From assembly GCA_000708835.1 (NCBI GenBank), contig DF236958.1, positions 186,001-250,000 of the forward strand: a stretch of DNA of 64,000 bases, in the 5' to 3' direction. The first letter of the stretch is position 1. Every line of letters begins with the position of its first letter. Position numbers and translations under genes: made by a program. This DNA is from Klebsormidium nitens (lineage: Eukaryota > Plantae > Klebsormidiophyceae). The notes below the pieces were generated by a model. It made no database searches, was not told the origin of the DNA, and saw nothing but the letters and a program-made list of their open reading frames with translations. This document shows, piece by piece, positions 11,613 through 23,600 of this stretch.

Positions 11613-14600
11613 ATGGCGGATGCTGCAGGTGCGGAGGCTGGCGGGAGCGCCATTGCAGTGCCCGGCAGCGAGACGGACAAGCTGGCTGGATCGTTTGGAG
11701 GGTGAGTTTGGGTTGCGCAACTTAAGAAACAACGTTCTTTGCCCAATGGCAGAATTTGGTAATGGTGGCTTTTGCTGGTTTTTAATTGCTTACTTTTTCC
11801 ACAGCAGCAGCAAATGTGGTCCCACTTTTTGCTGTCAAGGTGGCTTATTAGACCCTGTCGAAGTTATTTTTGATGCGCCACCAATTGTAGATTGAGGCTT
11901 TTAAATCCTGAAAGTGGTGCTGGTGCGATGGCTGGAATCAGTGCACCACCTAATACGAAGGGTTTTCAAAGGGATTGGGAACGTTTTTGCAAGCCAACTA
12001 GTGCTCTCAAGGCTGTATTCAAATGCATATGAGGTGACCCAATTGTCCTGACCAATCACGGCAGATTTCTACTTTTGCTGCTGATTTGTCTGGCATTCAT
12101 TTGTACGGTAGCCTTGTGATCGAAGCTTTTTGTGAGTGTCCCGGGGTCCATTCCTCGGTTATTCATGTCTAACTTTTCAGTCAGCTTGCAATCCCTGCTC
12201 TCCATAAAAAAGGTGAAATGGGTGACTTTGCCTATAGGAACAGACTTGTCCGGCATCACCGGGGGGCTCAAGACAGACGGAGAACGTCTTGAATATCGTC
12301 ACTCCCGCTCATGTGGAGTCCCGTATGGGTTTTGGGTTCTCTGGATTGTTACTATTGTATCTTTCGGACAAGCAAGAGGGGAAATGAAAAAGACTCCATT
12401 CTGGTTGCAAAATCTCACTTTAATGGATTCCGACTTCGTTGAGAGCGGCTTAACGTTGTCCAAACAGCGCTGTCTTTCTTTCATCGCTGAGCAGATTCCT
12501 CATTATTCCCTCTTCATTCATCTGCAGGCTCTCAATCGATGAGCGCTTTGCGTTAGCCCGGAGCGTTGGGGAGGAGTGCATCCAAGAGGACGAACTTTGG
12601 AACCTGCTTCTGAAGAAGCCCACGCCCCCCGTCTGCTACGATGGGTTTGAACCCAGTGGCAGGGTCCATATTGCGCAGGTTGGTTCAGCGCAGCCTCTCC
12701 CCTCATGTGCATCGCCTGGTTGTATGTATCTGAAGCCGTGCTGAATCAAGTCCAAATATTGCTTCCTGAACTTCTTACATTTCTGAGGTACTTGACAAAA
12801 CTGCTGACTCCTAGTCGCCCTCCTGAGAGGAAAGCAAAGAGTCTCATGAATTGGACATGTGAGGCCGCCAGTTTCCTCAAAAGGGAAGCTTCGTCTGCAT
12901 GATTCGGAGCCGTTTTGTGAATAGATCAGCTAGAAAGTTGATCCCACAGCTCGACAAATCTGTGAGTCAAGGGGAACATTTGGTCGGACTGCAGAGCCTG
13001 TCTCAGCCATCACTCAGACTCTTTAAAATGATCAAGGTGTGTCCATGGCTCAGCCCGCGGAAGGACATCGAGTGACTTCGATCGCCGTTTTATGGGGTGA
13101 AAACAGAGTTGAAGAGTCAAGCTACGAGATGACTTCGACCCTGAGCTGCCTATTTCCGGGTAGTGAAGGGGGCTGCTCAGGTCCCTAACAGTTCTCGGCT
13201 TCTTCCCGCATTTTGTGGAAGGCAGTGACATCAAACGCCGCTCCACTAGTGATTGTGATGACCGACCTTATGTCAGCGAAACTCTTAACTGACCGCAGAA
13301 GGTTTCTCTGAACGCGGATGAAGCCAGAAAACAAGAATTCGCTTCCACCTCCGTGCAGGGCGTGATGAAGGCGTTGAACGTAAACAAGCTGACGAAGGCG
13401 GGGTGCATATTCAAGTTCTGGGTGGCGGACTGGTTCGCGCAGCTCAACAACAAGATGGGGGGCGATCTCAAAAAGATCCAGACCGTTGGGCGCTACATGA
13501 TCGAAGTCTGGAAGGCCGTCGGGATGGATCTGACCAACGTACAGTTCCTATGGTCGTCGGAAGAGATCAACTCGAAGGCACACGAGTACTGGCCGCTCGT
13601 GATGGACATCGCTCGCAAGAACAACCTCGCGCGGATCGTCCGGTGAGGCTTCGTTTGGAGAGCCTGGCGTTGAAGTGAGGTTGCAGTCCCAGTAGTGGAT
13701 CGGGTAGGGTAGAATAATAGATTCTTTCGAGGAGAGAATCTCTAAATAAGTGTTCGTGTCGCGGTTGGTCTTTTTCGAGAAAGCTCCATTTTCTTACTTC
13801 GGCCCAGGTCGAGAGGTACAGCAGTATTGCCGACCCGCTGATTGTCTCCACGTTGTTCTTTGGAGCCTGCTCGAGTTGGACGTCAGGAGTGAAGATCCAC
13901 GACGGTGTATATTCGGTACAATGCTGAGCCTTCTCTCGACCAAGCGTCCGCCAAAATTACCTCTGCCGGTTTGACGCTTACAGGCTTTTGCAATACTACC
14001 GTTCATGTTGCGATCGAACTTGGGCTAATTGTCAGCGATCCTTGGATCAGAACGACGAGATCTCTCGTTCAGTCCCTCAATAATTCTCACATTCCGATCG
14101 GCCGTTTCTTGCAGAGACCGAAGGCCGATCTTCGGGATCACCTGTATTCAGAAAGTAAGAATATTTGCAGTCGTCTCTCTTCAACCGTACCGTCCATGGT
14201 TGCAGGTGTTCGCAAATTATGGGGCGGAATGAGAAGGACGACCTGTCGGCTGCGCAGATCCTGTACCCCTGCATGCAGTGCGCAGACATCTTCTTCCTTA
14301 AGGTAGGTGCGGTTCATTCACGCTTCTGCTGCGTCACTGGCCGCTTGAGGTCGGAAGAAGAAGCAGAGGAATGAAGAAAGTTCCCTCCTGAAGTGGAGCA
14401 CCTTGTCTTAAGCGATCAGCACCACGGGGGTTAAAGGTGTCGGACGTTACATCAGCAAAGGGATCTAGAATGCAATCGTTCTTCGCGCAGTACAACGGGG
14501 ATATGGTAGTAGAGATGCGTGGTGGCTCCCAACTCTCACGAAATTAAGGACGCTAGTCAAGATCGCTCGAAATCTGGCTTGGACGGTCTACCGTGCCAGT

Positions 14601-17600
14601 AAGCAAAAATGGAAGTCATTGGACATAGGTATTCACTATTGTAGGCTGACATGTGCCAAGTGGGCAGAGACCAGCAACTGATCATTCTTGCCTCGGACTA
14701 GCGACGATAGTTCGCTTAGGTTTATATTGCCAGTACGCTCAAGTAGTATAATCAATTCCTGCAGGCGGACATTTGCCAGCTGGGCATGGACCAGCGCAAG
14801 GTGAACATGCTCGCGCGCGAGTACTGCGACGAGATCAAGCGCAAGAACAAGCCCATCATTTTGAGCCACCACATGCTGCCCGGGCTGCAGCAGGGCCAGG
14901 AGAAGATGTCCAAGAGCGACCCCAACTCGGCCATCTTCATGGAGGACTCCGAGGTCAGAAACTGGTGAAATGGAGCTTTCTTCTCGTCTTTCTGGATCTT
15001 TCCCTATAGTCTGGGGGGTTCCAAAGAGCGACCTCAACTCTTCACGGAGGCCTCCGAGGTCAGGTGCATTGAGTTTACACCTTTTAGAAACTGGCAAAGT
15101 GCTTCCATTTTGTCCCCTCGTCTTAACGAACGTTTGCGGACTTTGGGTAACTGAGAGCGACCCTAAGTCAGCCATTTCCAGGGATCTCTCCGAGGTTAGA
15201 CGCTGTTGAGTTAAGGGCTTTTTCGAAACCCGCGGATCACGGTTTATGTGTCCCCACGTCTTCGTAAGTGTTTGCGAACGTCTTGCTGTCCAAGAGCGAC
15301 CCCAACGCCATCTTCATGGAGGACTCCGAGGTCAGATGTTTTGGCTATCTCTCTCTCCTTTCTGAAGTACTCATCCTCTTCTTCGTTTCTTCGTATCGGA
15401 CTTTTTGGCAGTACGAAAATGGACCTGATGGTCAGGACAATCTGAGTGGGTCTTGATTGGATTGCGGGGGCTGCTAAGCACCGCCAAATTTTGGGACACT
15501 TTGATGTCGCAGAGGCTGGTGTCTTCTTGCTGATCGCATAGGCTTTCATAGCCAAACTTCCAGTCTGCTTTGCAGGGGCCCGGACTATAGCTTGTCACGA
15601 AGCAAGCCGGAAACCAACAATGAAATTTGTATCTCTTAACTTCGTCAATACCGAAGATGGTTCCTAGCTTTGACCGGTCTCGAGGAGCCGTTTCAGCTGG
15701 TGGTTTTCCGCATCTGAGGATGATAGACTGTGCGGGCAGGGAATCAACACGGAAATATCCAGACTTGAAAACCCCGGACTTTCGCAGGCGGAAGTGAACG
15801 TCAAGATCAAGAAGGCGTACTGCCCGCCAGGGGTGATCCAGGGCAACCCCATCTTTGAGTACGTAAAGTTCGTCCTCATACCCTGGTCGGGGAAACTAAA
15901 CGTGGTGCGAGCGGAGGAACACGGCGGGAACAAGTGAGTCGCAGCCGCTTGACATAAGTGCTGATTTTAACCACGTACTTTATCCTGACTTGCTTTTTTC
16001 TGCTGTCTCCTCTTTCTCGGGCGAGCGTTTCGTTCTGAGCGTTTTGGTTCTTGTGTAAGTTCCTGGTTTCGACATTCAGTTTCCAAAGCGGACTTGGACT
16101 GCCGCGCGAGGAGGAGCACAGTGGGAACAAGTAAGGTGCAGCCGCTTGACGATGCTTTCTTCTCGTCCCCAACGGCTACCCTGGTGTCGCTCTCTTCGGT
16201 TCGTCGCTTGGCAATGAGCTTGTCGCTTCGGCACTCTGGACGGACCAATTGGGAGACGCATAAAGCAGTACCGGTTTTATGTTGGATTTCGGCCATTTTA
16301 AATCAGGTCATACCCGGGGAATGCGTGCGGTTGTTTGAGAGTTCAGGTTCGGTACTGATGCGGAGCACGTGGTTCGTGGGTTCATGGGTTCAGGGTTTCA
16401 GTTTGTTTGAGCTCGGGGAATGAATCTATCATAGGCTTCACTCGAGACTTGTGTGCCATGGCGGAGCAGTTCGGAGCCAACTCTGTAGGCGTGGCCTGCT
16501 TGTCGCATATTCTCCTTTTGCGTTTCTCTTTCATGGCCCTTTGGACTCTGGCTTTGAGCGTCATCCTTTTCACCTTGGGAAGAAGGATCAGAGACCTACG
16601 GCCAGCCGAGTCATTGCGGCCATCCTTTTGTTTCTGGCCCTTATCGGGTTTCAACATCTCGTCGTTATGGGGAGGTTCATCGAAAGGGACGCCGCTTCTC
16701 CTGCCCTAAGCGTTGAGCTTGGCATTACAGCGGCGATGAGGACAGCGGTACTCGTTATCGGACGTTCTCGTACTCGGAACATTGCTGATGCTTATTTTGA
16801 ATTGACGTGGCCCGCGTCAAATGTCAATGATGCTCACTCGATTACAGAAATTCTCGAGGGGTCTGAGCTCGGGGATGTGTCGGGCCGGCCTGCGAACACA
16901 AACGAGTCTAGAATGCGGAGTCAAATTGAATCATGTGCTGCTTTCACGAGCTGGCAATACACATGAATTTCGGGAGTTCTGTGCGGCCAACTTCAGTACC
17001 GACGTCGAAAGTTGACATTGAACAATGCACGCTTCATGTCGAGCTCGGGTGCCGTATCTGACGCACTCAGCCTGCAAGTAGCAGCGTTCTCCCGGCCTTC
17101 TCTGCAGTAGCGCGTTCGTCATTGAAGACGATAGATACGAAGTGCATCACAACAAAAGACTGCATTCCAGTGGGTGATCTCGTTTTGCTCATGTCAAAGT
17201 ACGTTCCTTGCAGAACTTACACGGATATTGCGGAAGTCGAAGCGGACTACACGGCAGGGTCGCTCCATCCGGGGGACCTGAAGTCCGCGCTCTCGAGGGG
17301 GTTGAACGAGATCTTGCAGGTCTGGCTCTAGAGTTTTAGGGTTTCAGGGTTTTCTTCTCGCTCTTCATTCTGCAGCCCGCTGCTTGACGAACTGCACATG
17401 CTTCTGCAGAAGGCCAAAACGCAGGCCCTGGTTCTTTTTATCCACCCACAAAGCTCTACACTCCAGGAAGGATTTAGTAGCGCGAGGCTGCGCGACACGT
17501 GTCCGTAGTTGTTCGGTTGACTGTACTGGAGCTCTTCTGTAAAGCAGCCATCGATTCTCATCAGTGAGAAGTAGCCTCGAGCCAATCCAATGTGGTCATA

Positions 17601-18004
17601 CAACAGCGCCGTTGTCAGGCCTCTGCCAAAGTTTCGGAAGCCAGATTGTACACTTGAGTGGGAGTATGTGTTGGTCCAAGTATTACCAGCACGTTTTGCA
17701 TTGAGAGGCAGATTTGTCCAAAAATATGCGACCAATTTAGATGAACAGCGCGTGACGCTTGATTGCTTTCCTTCTGCAGCCCGTACGAGACCACTTTCAG
17801 AAGGACCCGGAGGCCAAGAAGCTGCTTACGCAAGTAAAGGCAAGCTTGGCAGCATTACACCGTCAAAAACCTGTGAAGAGAAGATGCAGATCTCCTCCAA
17901 ACGTTCTAGGACCGGCTATCATTCTCGCTCTTAAGGTGTTGAGTGCCATGGGGCTTGCATTCGCAGTCGTCATATTGATCAGGGCCAGGCTAAGCGCAGG
18001 ATAA
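11613..18004 (+). CDS. YARS: Cytosolic (plant/archaeal-type) tyrosyl-tRNA synthetase; exact 3' end uncertain
   Basis: Exons 11613-11701, 12528-12678, 13359-13642, 14206-14302, 14765-14953, 15788-15933, 17214-17319 and 17780 onward, with consistent phases. Motifs CYDGFEPSGRVHIAQ (HIGH-like), GMDQRKVNMLAREY, KMSKS and LHPGDLK. After ..LLTQVK (17839) there is either a GC donor (AAG|gcaagc) or read-through to TAA at 18004. Confidence 0.93.
14643..16150 (+). repeat. Intronic degenerate copies of TyrRS exon ends with their splice sites
   Basis: Acceptor copy 14643-14677 (AG|ADMCQVGRDQQ vs AG|ADICQLGMDQR). Three donor copies end at 15058, 15194 and 15330, each followed by GT. Donor copy 16105-16150 (..GGGAACAA|gtaaggtgcagccgcttgac vs ..GGGAACAA|gtgagtcgcagccgcttgac). 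Confidence 0.88.
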
Positions 18005-19108
18005 TGAGCAAGAGTGATGGTTACTGGTCACTGTAGCATCGTATATTCTGACCTTTCGTTCTGTTTGGATTTACCCGCTAAGTTAAATTGCATTGTCGCA
18101 ATCGACGAACTGCGATCGAGTCGTGTTTTCTTAGATCCCTCCAATCGGATTCCCTGCTGTGCTTTGCTGCTCGGACGACGGGAGGATTGAACAAAGCCTC
18201 CTATGTGCAGTCGTACAAGACAACCCGATGATCCAATCCAAGCGCACGCGTTGGCGATTGGGGCGGTACCTGGGAAGCGATTCCCATCGCTCGGCCCAAA
18301 CGATCTGTGCATCGCTCGTTTCCTGAGCTGGTCGAAAAGACAGACTTGTCTCAGTGAGCCACGAGCGTTGATAACGTCGTTCGCTGCCGTGATAAATGAG
18401 TTTCACTCAGGCCACGAGGTCACGTCGACTGCTGCGCAATTGCCATGCCATCCGTATGCATTCACCTTTATCTGATGCTTCGCCATCCCGAGGATCTGAG
18501 CCGATGTTACCCTCATCGCACCGTACATGTGTTCTTTGCCGACCTTAATGCAGCTTGTTTGACGCCTCTTGTAACGCATCGTAGCGTCCAACTTTGGACA
18601 ACATCTTTGATGCAGCTGGTCCAACTTCTGGCTGCAGAATGCAAGTGCATGGTTCCAGCCTACCTGCTGCGTGCAAACGCAATATCTGCAAACATCAAAT
18701 TTGGTGCATCCGAACGCGCAAAATTCGCGACCATATTTTATGACAATGCCCGCATGCTTTTATAGAGGGCAGCTCCCAGTGCCGATGAACAAATGACAAA
18801 TCGACGACGGTGCTGGCATGCGATCTTAACATTAGCTGATTCAAGTCCTCCTGCCTGCGTACACATACGGCACGCCTTTCAGTGAAGCCCGTCAGGTTTC
18901 ACTTGACCACATTCACATCGCTTCAAGTGCATCTTTTGTTACTCAAGGCATATCAGACGAACGTCACGTCAAACTCAATTGCTCACTTTACGTGAACCAT
19001 TATTCCTCGTTCAGCCTACGATCAAAGTCTTGCAATGCCTTCTGCTCAAGGTTCCCTATCTCGCACGTTTCGCCTCCGGCCATCCCTTCTCCTTCCTTTA
19101 GCGCCGCG

Positions 19109-20632
19109 TTATAGACATCCCTCTGCCTGGTCAGCAGAAACTCCGCCACCGAAACACATACGCCGATACGAACCGCTTTTGATCCCCAGATTGCTGGGCA
19201 GAGAGTGCTCCGCATCAGCTCCGTACAGGTCGAGTTGGCGACCAGCCCGGCCAGAGGAAGCACCATGGTCGCCGCGAAAAGGAGCCCGGTCAAGGACCGG
19301 CTTGGGAATGGGTATCGGAAGGATGGGCCCGCGGAAGGGTGTGGGAAATAAGACCACACGGGATGAATCAAGCGCGAGCGCCGAAGGGCGCGTCCTCCAA
19401 CTGAGCGCGGGGCAGAGCGCGCACACCAGGTGCAGAAGCGCGCGCGCGTCCCACTCCAGGTCGCAGTAGCGCAGCCGCGCGCGCGCGGCCGCGTGGAGGG
19501 TTCGGAGGAGCGCGCCCAGAGTTGGGAGCAGGCTGAGGGGGAGCCCGATGCAGAGGGCGGATTCGATTCGGGTCACGGGAAGCGAGAAGAAGGAACTGTA
19601 CGTGCTTAGCTGGATAACGAGGAAGCCTAACGGGGGCGGCAGCGCGAGAAGGGTTGCGGTGACAGCGATCGAAACTTCTGGACCGAATCTCTGTGCGAAA
19701 GCAGAACGGGCGCACCAGCTTATCGTTCTAAACAAGGAGAAGTACAGCCCGGTGGTGAGAACCGGGAGCACGAGCGTTCTGATCTGCTGCCACACGCCGT
19801 GAAGAGCGTAGCTCAGGATGATCCCCCAGGTATCAAATCTACTGGGCGGTTTTGGAGGGGCGGGGAGTAGGACCGGAGGATTCCACCGGGCGCTTTTAGT
19901 GGCTGTGTTGTAGTAAAAGGTCCGCCCGGTTTTGGGGTCGTGCAGATTGTGCCAGTCCGGCGGAAGGCGCGTTTCGCGGGGGCGGAACTCGCAGAGGCTG
20001 TTTTGGGCTTCGGAGCAATAAGCGACTCCTTTGAGGAAGAGAACAATGGCGCCAGACAAAAAGCTTAAGCCGGCTGGAAAGAAAGGAACCTCAATGAAAC
20101 CCCCTATCAACCCAATGTAAAGGCAAATTCCAACAGCGACGGCGGCCGTTCCGATCACCGGAGCGGAAAGGTCGCCCCCTGGGGGCACTTGGGCGGAAAC
20201 GGAACTAGGGTCTTCGACGATCATTTCAGGCTCTTCGCAAGCGGGTTCGCTAAAACCAACCCTTAACCAGCTTTCTGCGTTCGGACCCACTTCAAGTAAG
20301 CTGTTTTCTTCTGCTGCTTCGCTGAATAGAGGGCATCGGCGCAAAAGACGAAGATCACAAGCCGGCCGCGCTTTCAAGTATCGGGAATTGCTTTTGTTCA
20401 ACCAGCTACTAGCCCAAGGTTCTGTGCCCACATCTATTGCTGAGACCCCCTTTCCACAAGGTATGACGCGTTGCGGTCCAGACCTACTCACGGGAAAGTT
20501 TTGACTTGGAGAACACGAGCTGATGTTGTGCTGAAGTGCAAGTCCAACCCGCTTGGGAGACTGTCTCGAGAGCGCCCACAAGCCCTGCGCTGTGCCAGCC
20601 ATCGCCACGGTAGCAACCCCCTTGCAGCTCAT
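19109..20632 (-). CDS. Intronless putative plastid-targeted multi-pass membrane protein with a WW domain (~507 aa)
   Basis: Long uninterrupted ORF with ATG at 20632 and a Ser/Arg-rich transit-peptide-like N-terminus. Several hydrophobic segments. WW signature LPPDWHNLHDPKTGRTFYYNTATKSARWNPP at 19966-19874. Confidence 0.75.
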   Translation of the reverse strand: MSCKGVATVAMAGTAQGLWALSRQSPKRVGLALQHNISSCSPSQNFPVSRSGPQRVIPCGKGVSAIDVGTEPWASSWLNKSNSRYLKARPACDLRLLRRCPLFSEAAEENSLLEVGPNAESWLRVGFSEPACEEPEMIVEDPSSVSAQVPPGGDLSAPVIGTAAVAVGICLYIGLIGGFIEVPFFPAGLSFLSGAIVLFLKGVAYCSEAQNSLCEFRPRETRLPPDWHNLHDPKTGRTFYYNTATKSARWNPPVLLPAPPKPPSRFDTWGIILSYALHGVWQQIRTLVLPVLTTGLYFSLFRTISWCARSAFAQRFGPEVSIAVTATLLALPPPLGFLVIQLSTYSSFFSLPVTRIESALCIGLPLSLLPTLGALLRTLHAAARARLRYCDLEWDARALLHLVCALCPALSWRTRPSALALDSSRVVLFPTPFRGPILPIPIPKPVLDRAPFRGDHGASSGRAGRQLDLYGADAEHSLPSNLGIKSGSYRRMCFGGGVSADQAEGCL

Positions 20633-23600
20633 CAAGGCTGCAAACGAGCTTATAGCCTTTACGTTATTCTTCGCCGATTATGTACCAGAGCTGCAACCAC
20701 CGCTTCAGTCGGTTGCAAGGGCCGCTCCTCAGTACAAGAGCTGCCGGAAGCGCTGTTTCGGCGCCTCTACCTGTTCTGATGTGATCCTAAGCAAGGCACA
20801 AGACCGTACAGCGTTATGCCCGTTCTTCTTTCTCAAACTCTACACCTGAAATGGTTCTCCCTTGCCGTGTGCTACGTACGCGCGGCGGTCGTCCGTCTGG
20901 TCCGTACCAGGGTTTGCAGGTTTCGCGACCAGTGAGGCCAGGGCCGGTCTCGCGGCCGGCCGGCGCAAGTTCCTCGCCCAGCTTAAACCCTGTTTGTATT
21001 ACGAAGAGCTACTGGAGATGGACGTTCTAAGAATGATAAGGTGCAGCGCCCCTTGTGCAGGGCCGCCGCGCCGTCTGAGCAACACGCAGCTATTCTTTGG
21101 CTGATGCTGACCCTTCAAGGGGTTTGCATGCATTTTATCTATGGTGTCGTCAAGATCGTTTGGAGCAAAGGCGGAGGACGGCTCAAGTCAGCAGAAGCAA
21201 CCTCGGAACACAGTGTGCAGACTGGACCACATGCTGGCAAGCTGCTTGACTGAGAGAGGAAGGCAAAGATGAGGAAGCCACAATCCCCGAAGAGTCGGCA
21301 CTTGCTGATGTGAATACTCTATTTATGGCTTTTCCGACCAAACAGTGTCAGCTTTCCAAAATTTGAGACCCCTGCAAGAAAGGTCAGGAGGAAAAAGATG
21401 GAGACTCCATGGCTGGCACAAGTCTGAGTGCAAACGAGCCTGTCAAAAGGACCTGAAGGAGAAACGACAATGTAAGACGTTTTGAAGAACGTCTTACTTC
21501 GGTCTGTCAGGTCATTGATGGGCTCCTTACCTGCAAACCACTTTCTTGCGGCTGATTGGATTTTGCTGAGTCAATGTTTATGTCCTTCTCAGGTTCATGT
21601 TCTTTGGTCGTCTTTCCTGACGATCGTTCCAAGACACTCACGGTTTGAACTCGTAAGCTGTGGCCCCGGCTGTAGCCCTCACAGCGTTGCACAGTTTAGC
21701 CATGCGCAAGGGGTGATTGTAGGAAGTGAGAACTTGACAGCTGCTTATACTCCAAACGGCAAGAAATATCAATGGAATGATATCGTCTAAAGCCCGTTCA
21801 GAGGCAAACAAGAACTCGTCAAGCACAACTTGATTCCGATGCTGCGGCGCCAGTCTGGATGCACAACAGGGGTGCTTAGCGGGACACGGGTGAATATCGA
21901 ACTTCTTGGGTGTCTTCAAGAAGATTCCAAGGGACACCTTGCTAGCGGCCGCGTATGGTAAAGCTGATCAAGCGCTGCTTTGAGAGAATGAGAAGCTCTT
22001 TAGAGGTGGTTACCCGTTACTGTCCAGAGGAGGCTCTGTTGCGGTGGTTTTAATCAGCTCTTTCCACAGCAAGTGTCTCTTAAAAGCTCACTCTTTGTGC
22101 AGGAGGCAAGCAGGAAGTTCGCCGATTATCAAGGCAGAGAGCAGAGAGAAAGAGGAAGACGGTTTTGAGACGGTAACTTTCAGACCCTTAGCCTTCTTAC
22201 GATTAGTAAGTCTCTCACTGAAAGGTTGTGTTACAGCAACAGCTTGATCATTACCTTTCGCCAGGATGGACGACGGATTGAATGATCGAAACTGTGGGAA
22301 TCACAGGCCTTTTTGTCTAAAGAAAAGTGAATGCGAATCAAGACTGGTGCAGCCAAGGACGCAGAAGAGAACCATACTGAAACGTAGACCCGAAGGAAAA
22401 GCAGAACGCTCAATTGGTTGTGCCCGCAGGCGACCAAGCAATACGCAAAAGATCTAGTGCCAAGTACGTCAGCTGAAGGGGCAGAGGCGTCCGCTTCGGC
22501 GGGAGGCGCAGGGCCTAGTACGTCAGCTATTCCGGAGGAAGGATATGACGCGCATGTATGGGAGGAAGGGCAGGACCCGCCAACGTCAAGAGCTGCCCGC
22601 TGCTACCTTTCCTGTCTAGTTCTTCTGTTGCAAGCCTGCCAGGATTCGGAAACCGTAGCAAAAGCTGCTGTTACATGATAAGCTTCTTCCCGTAAGGGGG
22701 GATGCCCTGCTAAGGAAATAGTGCTTGTCCCCAACTGGGTCATCAGAAGGTCAAGAAAGGCTGTTCATCTTGACGCAACTGAGGGAGTGACGGGTAGATT
22801 CGGCCAGTCAGTCGCGTTGTACAATCCCTTGGTTTTAACTTTCAAGGCGTCCCTTCAGTCGCAGGGCATCTGTTAGGTAGTAAAGGGGTCTTTTGATACC
22901 GCAAAAAGTCGAGATGAAGCTGAAGAGGGGCATGCTCCAAACAGAATTTCATTCGCATGGACATCCGTAAAGGAAGGGGAATCGGAGTTTGTCTCTTATC
23001 CTTCTCTTTGAACTGCGCCTCTTCAAACCAAACAGCGATGGTGCTAATTCTCAAAATGTCAGGGCTACCCATTTGTGCATGGAGCATACTGATAAGACGG
23101 AAGCTCATCACTTAAGGTCAAGGCAGACCCGATGCACGGTGTGAAACTATATTGGAACATCTCAGCTCACGACGCGCGCATTGGATGAGTCACAGTTTTG
23201 CGACATGACAAATTCGGGGGTTTTGCTGTGCTCGACGTTTCTGAAAGCAGGCAGAATAACGATGGCCGCCTTTGTGCAGGCCCTACTTTATTGACGGTTA
23301 CGTAAAGTAAGCAGTCGAATCAAGCAGATAATTTCGGATACTACAAATTGGGGAGGGAGAGGAACGTGATGTTGCTAATGCATTTGAGCGACCAGGAAGT
23401 ATACTACTTTGGAGAGTTTCGGCCCAACTACGGGTAAGTGATCAAGGAAAGTGAGTCTGTCTAGTTCTTCCAAAGCCTTGCTTCTCGGAGGAATATCTTT
23501 CCACCCTCAGCTTTGACATCCTGTGTTTAACGCGGGGTCCAAAGAGCTTGCTGGCTACCTTGAGTCAATCTTGGCTTTCGGCGTCAGAAAGGCCTCACAC

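Noticed and set aside
14636-15175. 179-aa minus-strand ORF and similar long antisense ORFs (19035-19469, 39751-40509, 60714-61341)
   Set aside because: Shadow or alternate frames of GC-rich real exons; no independent protein features.
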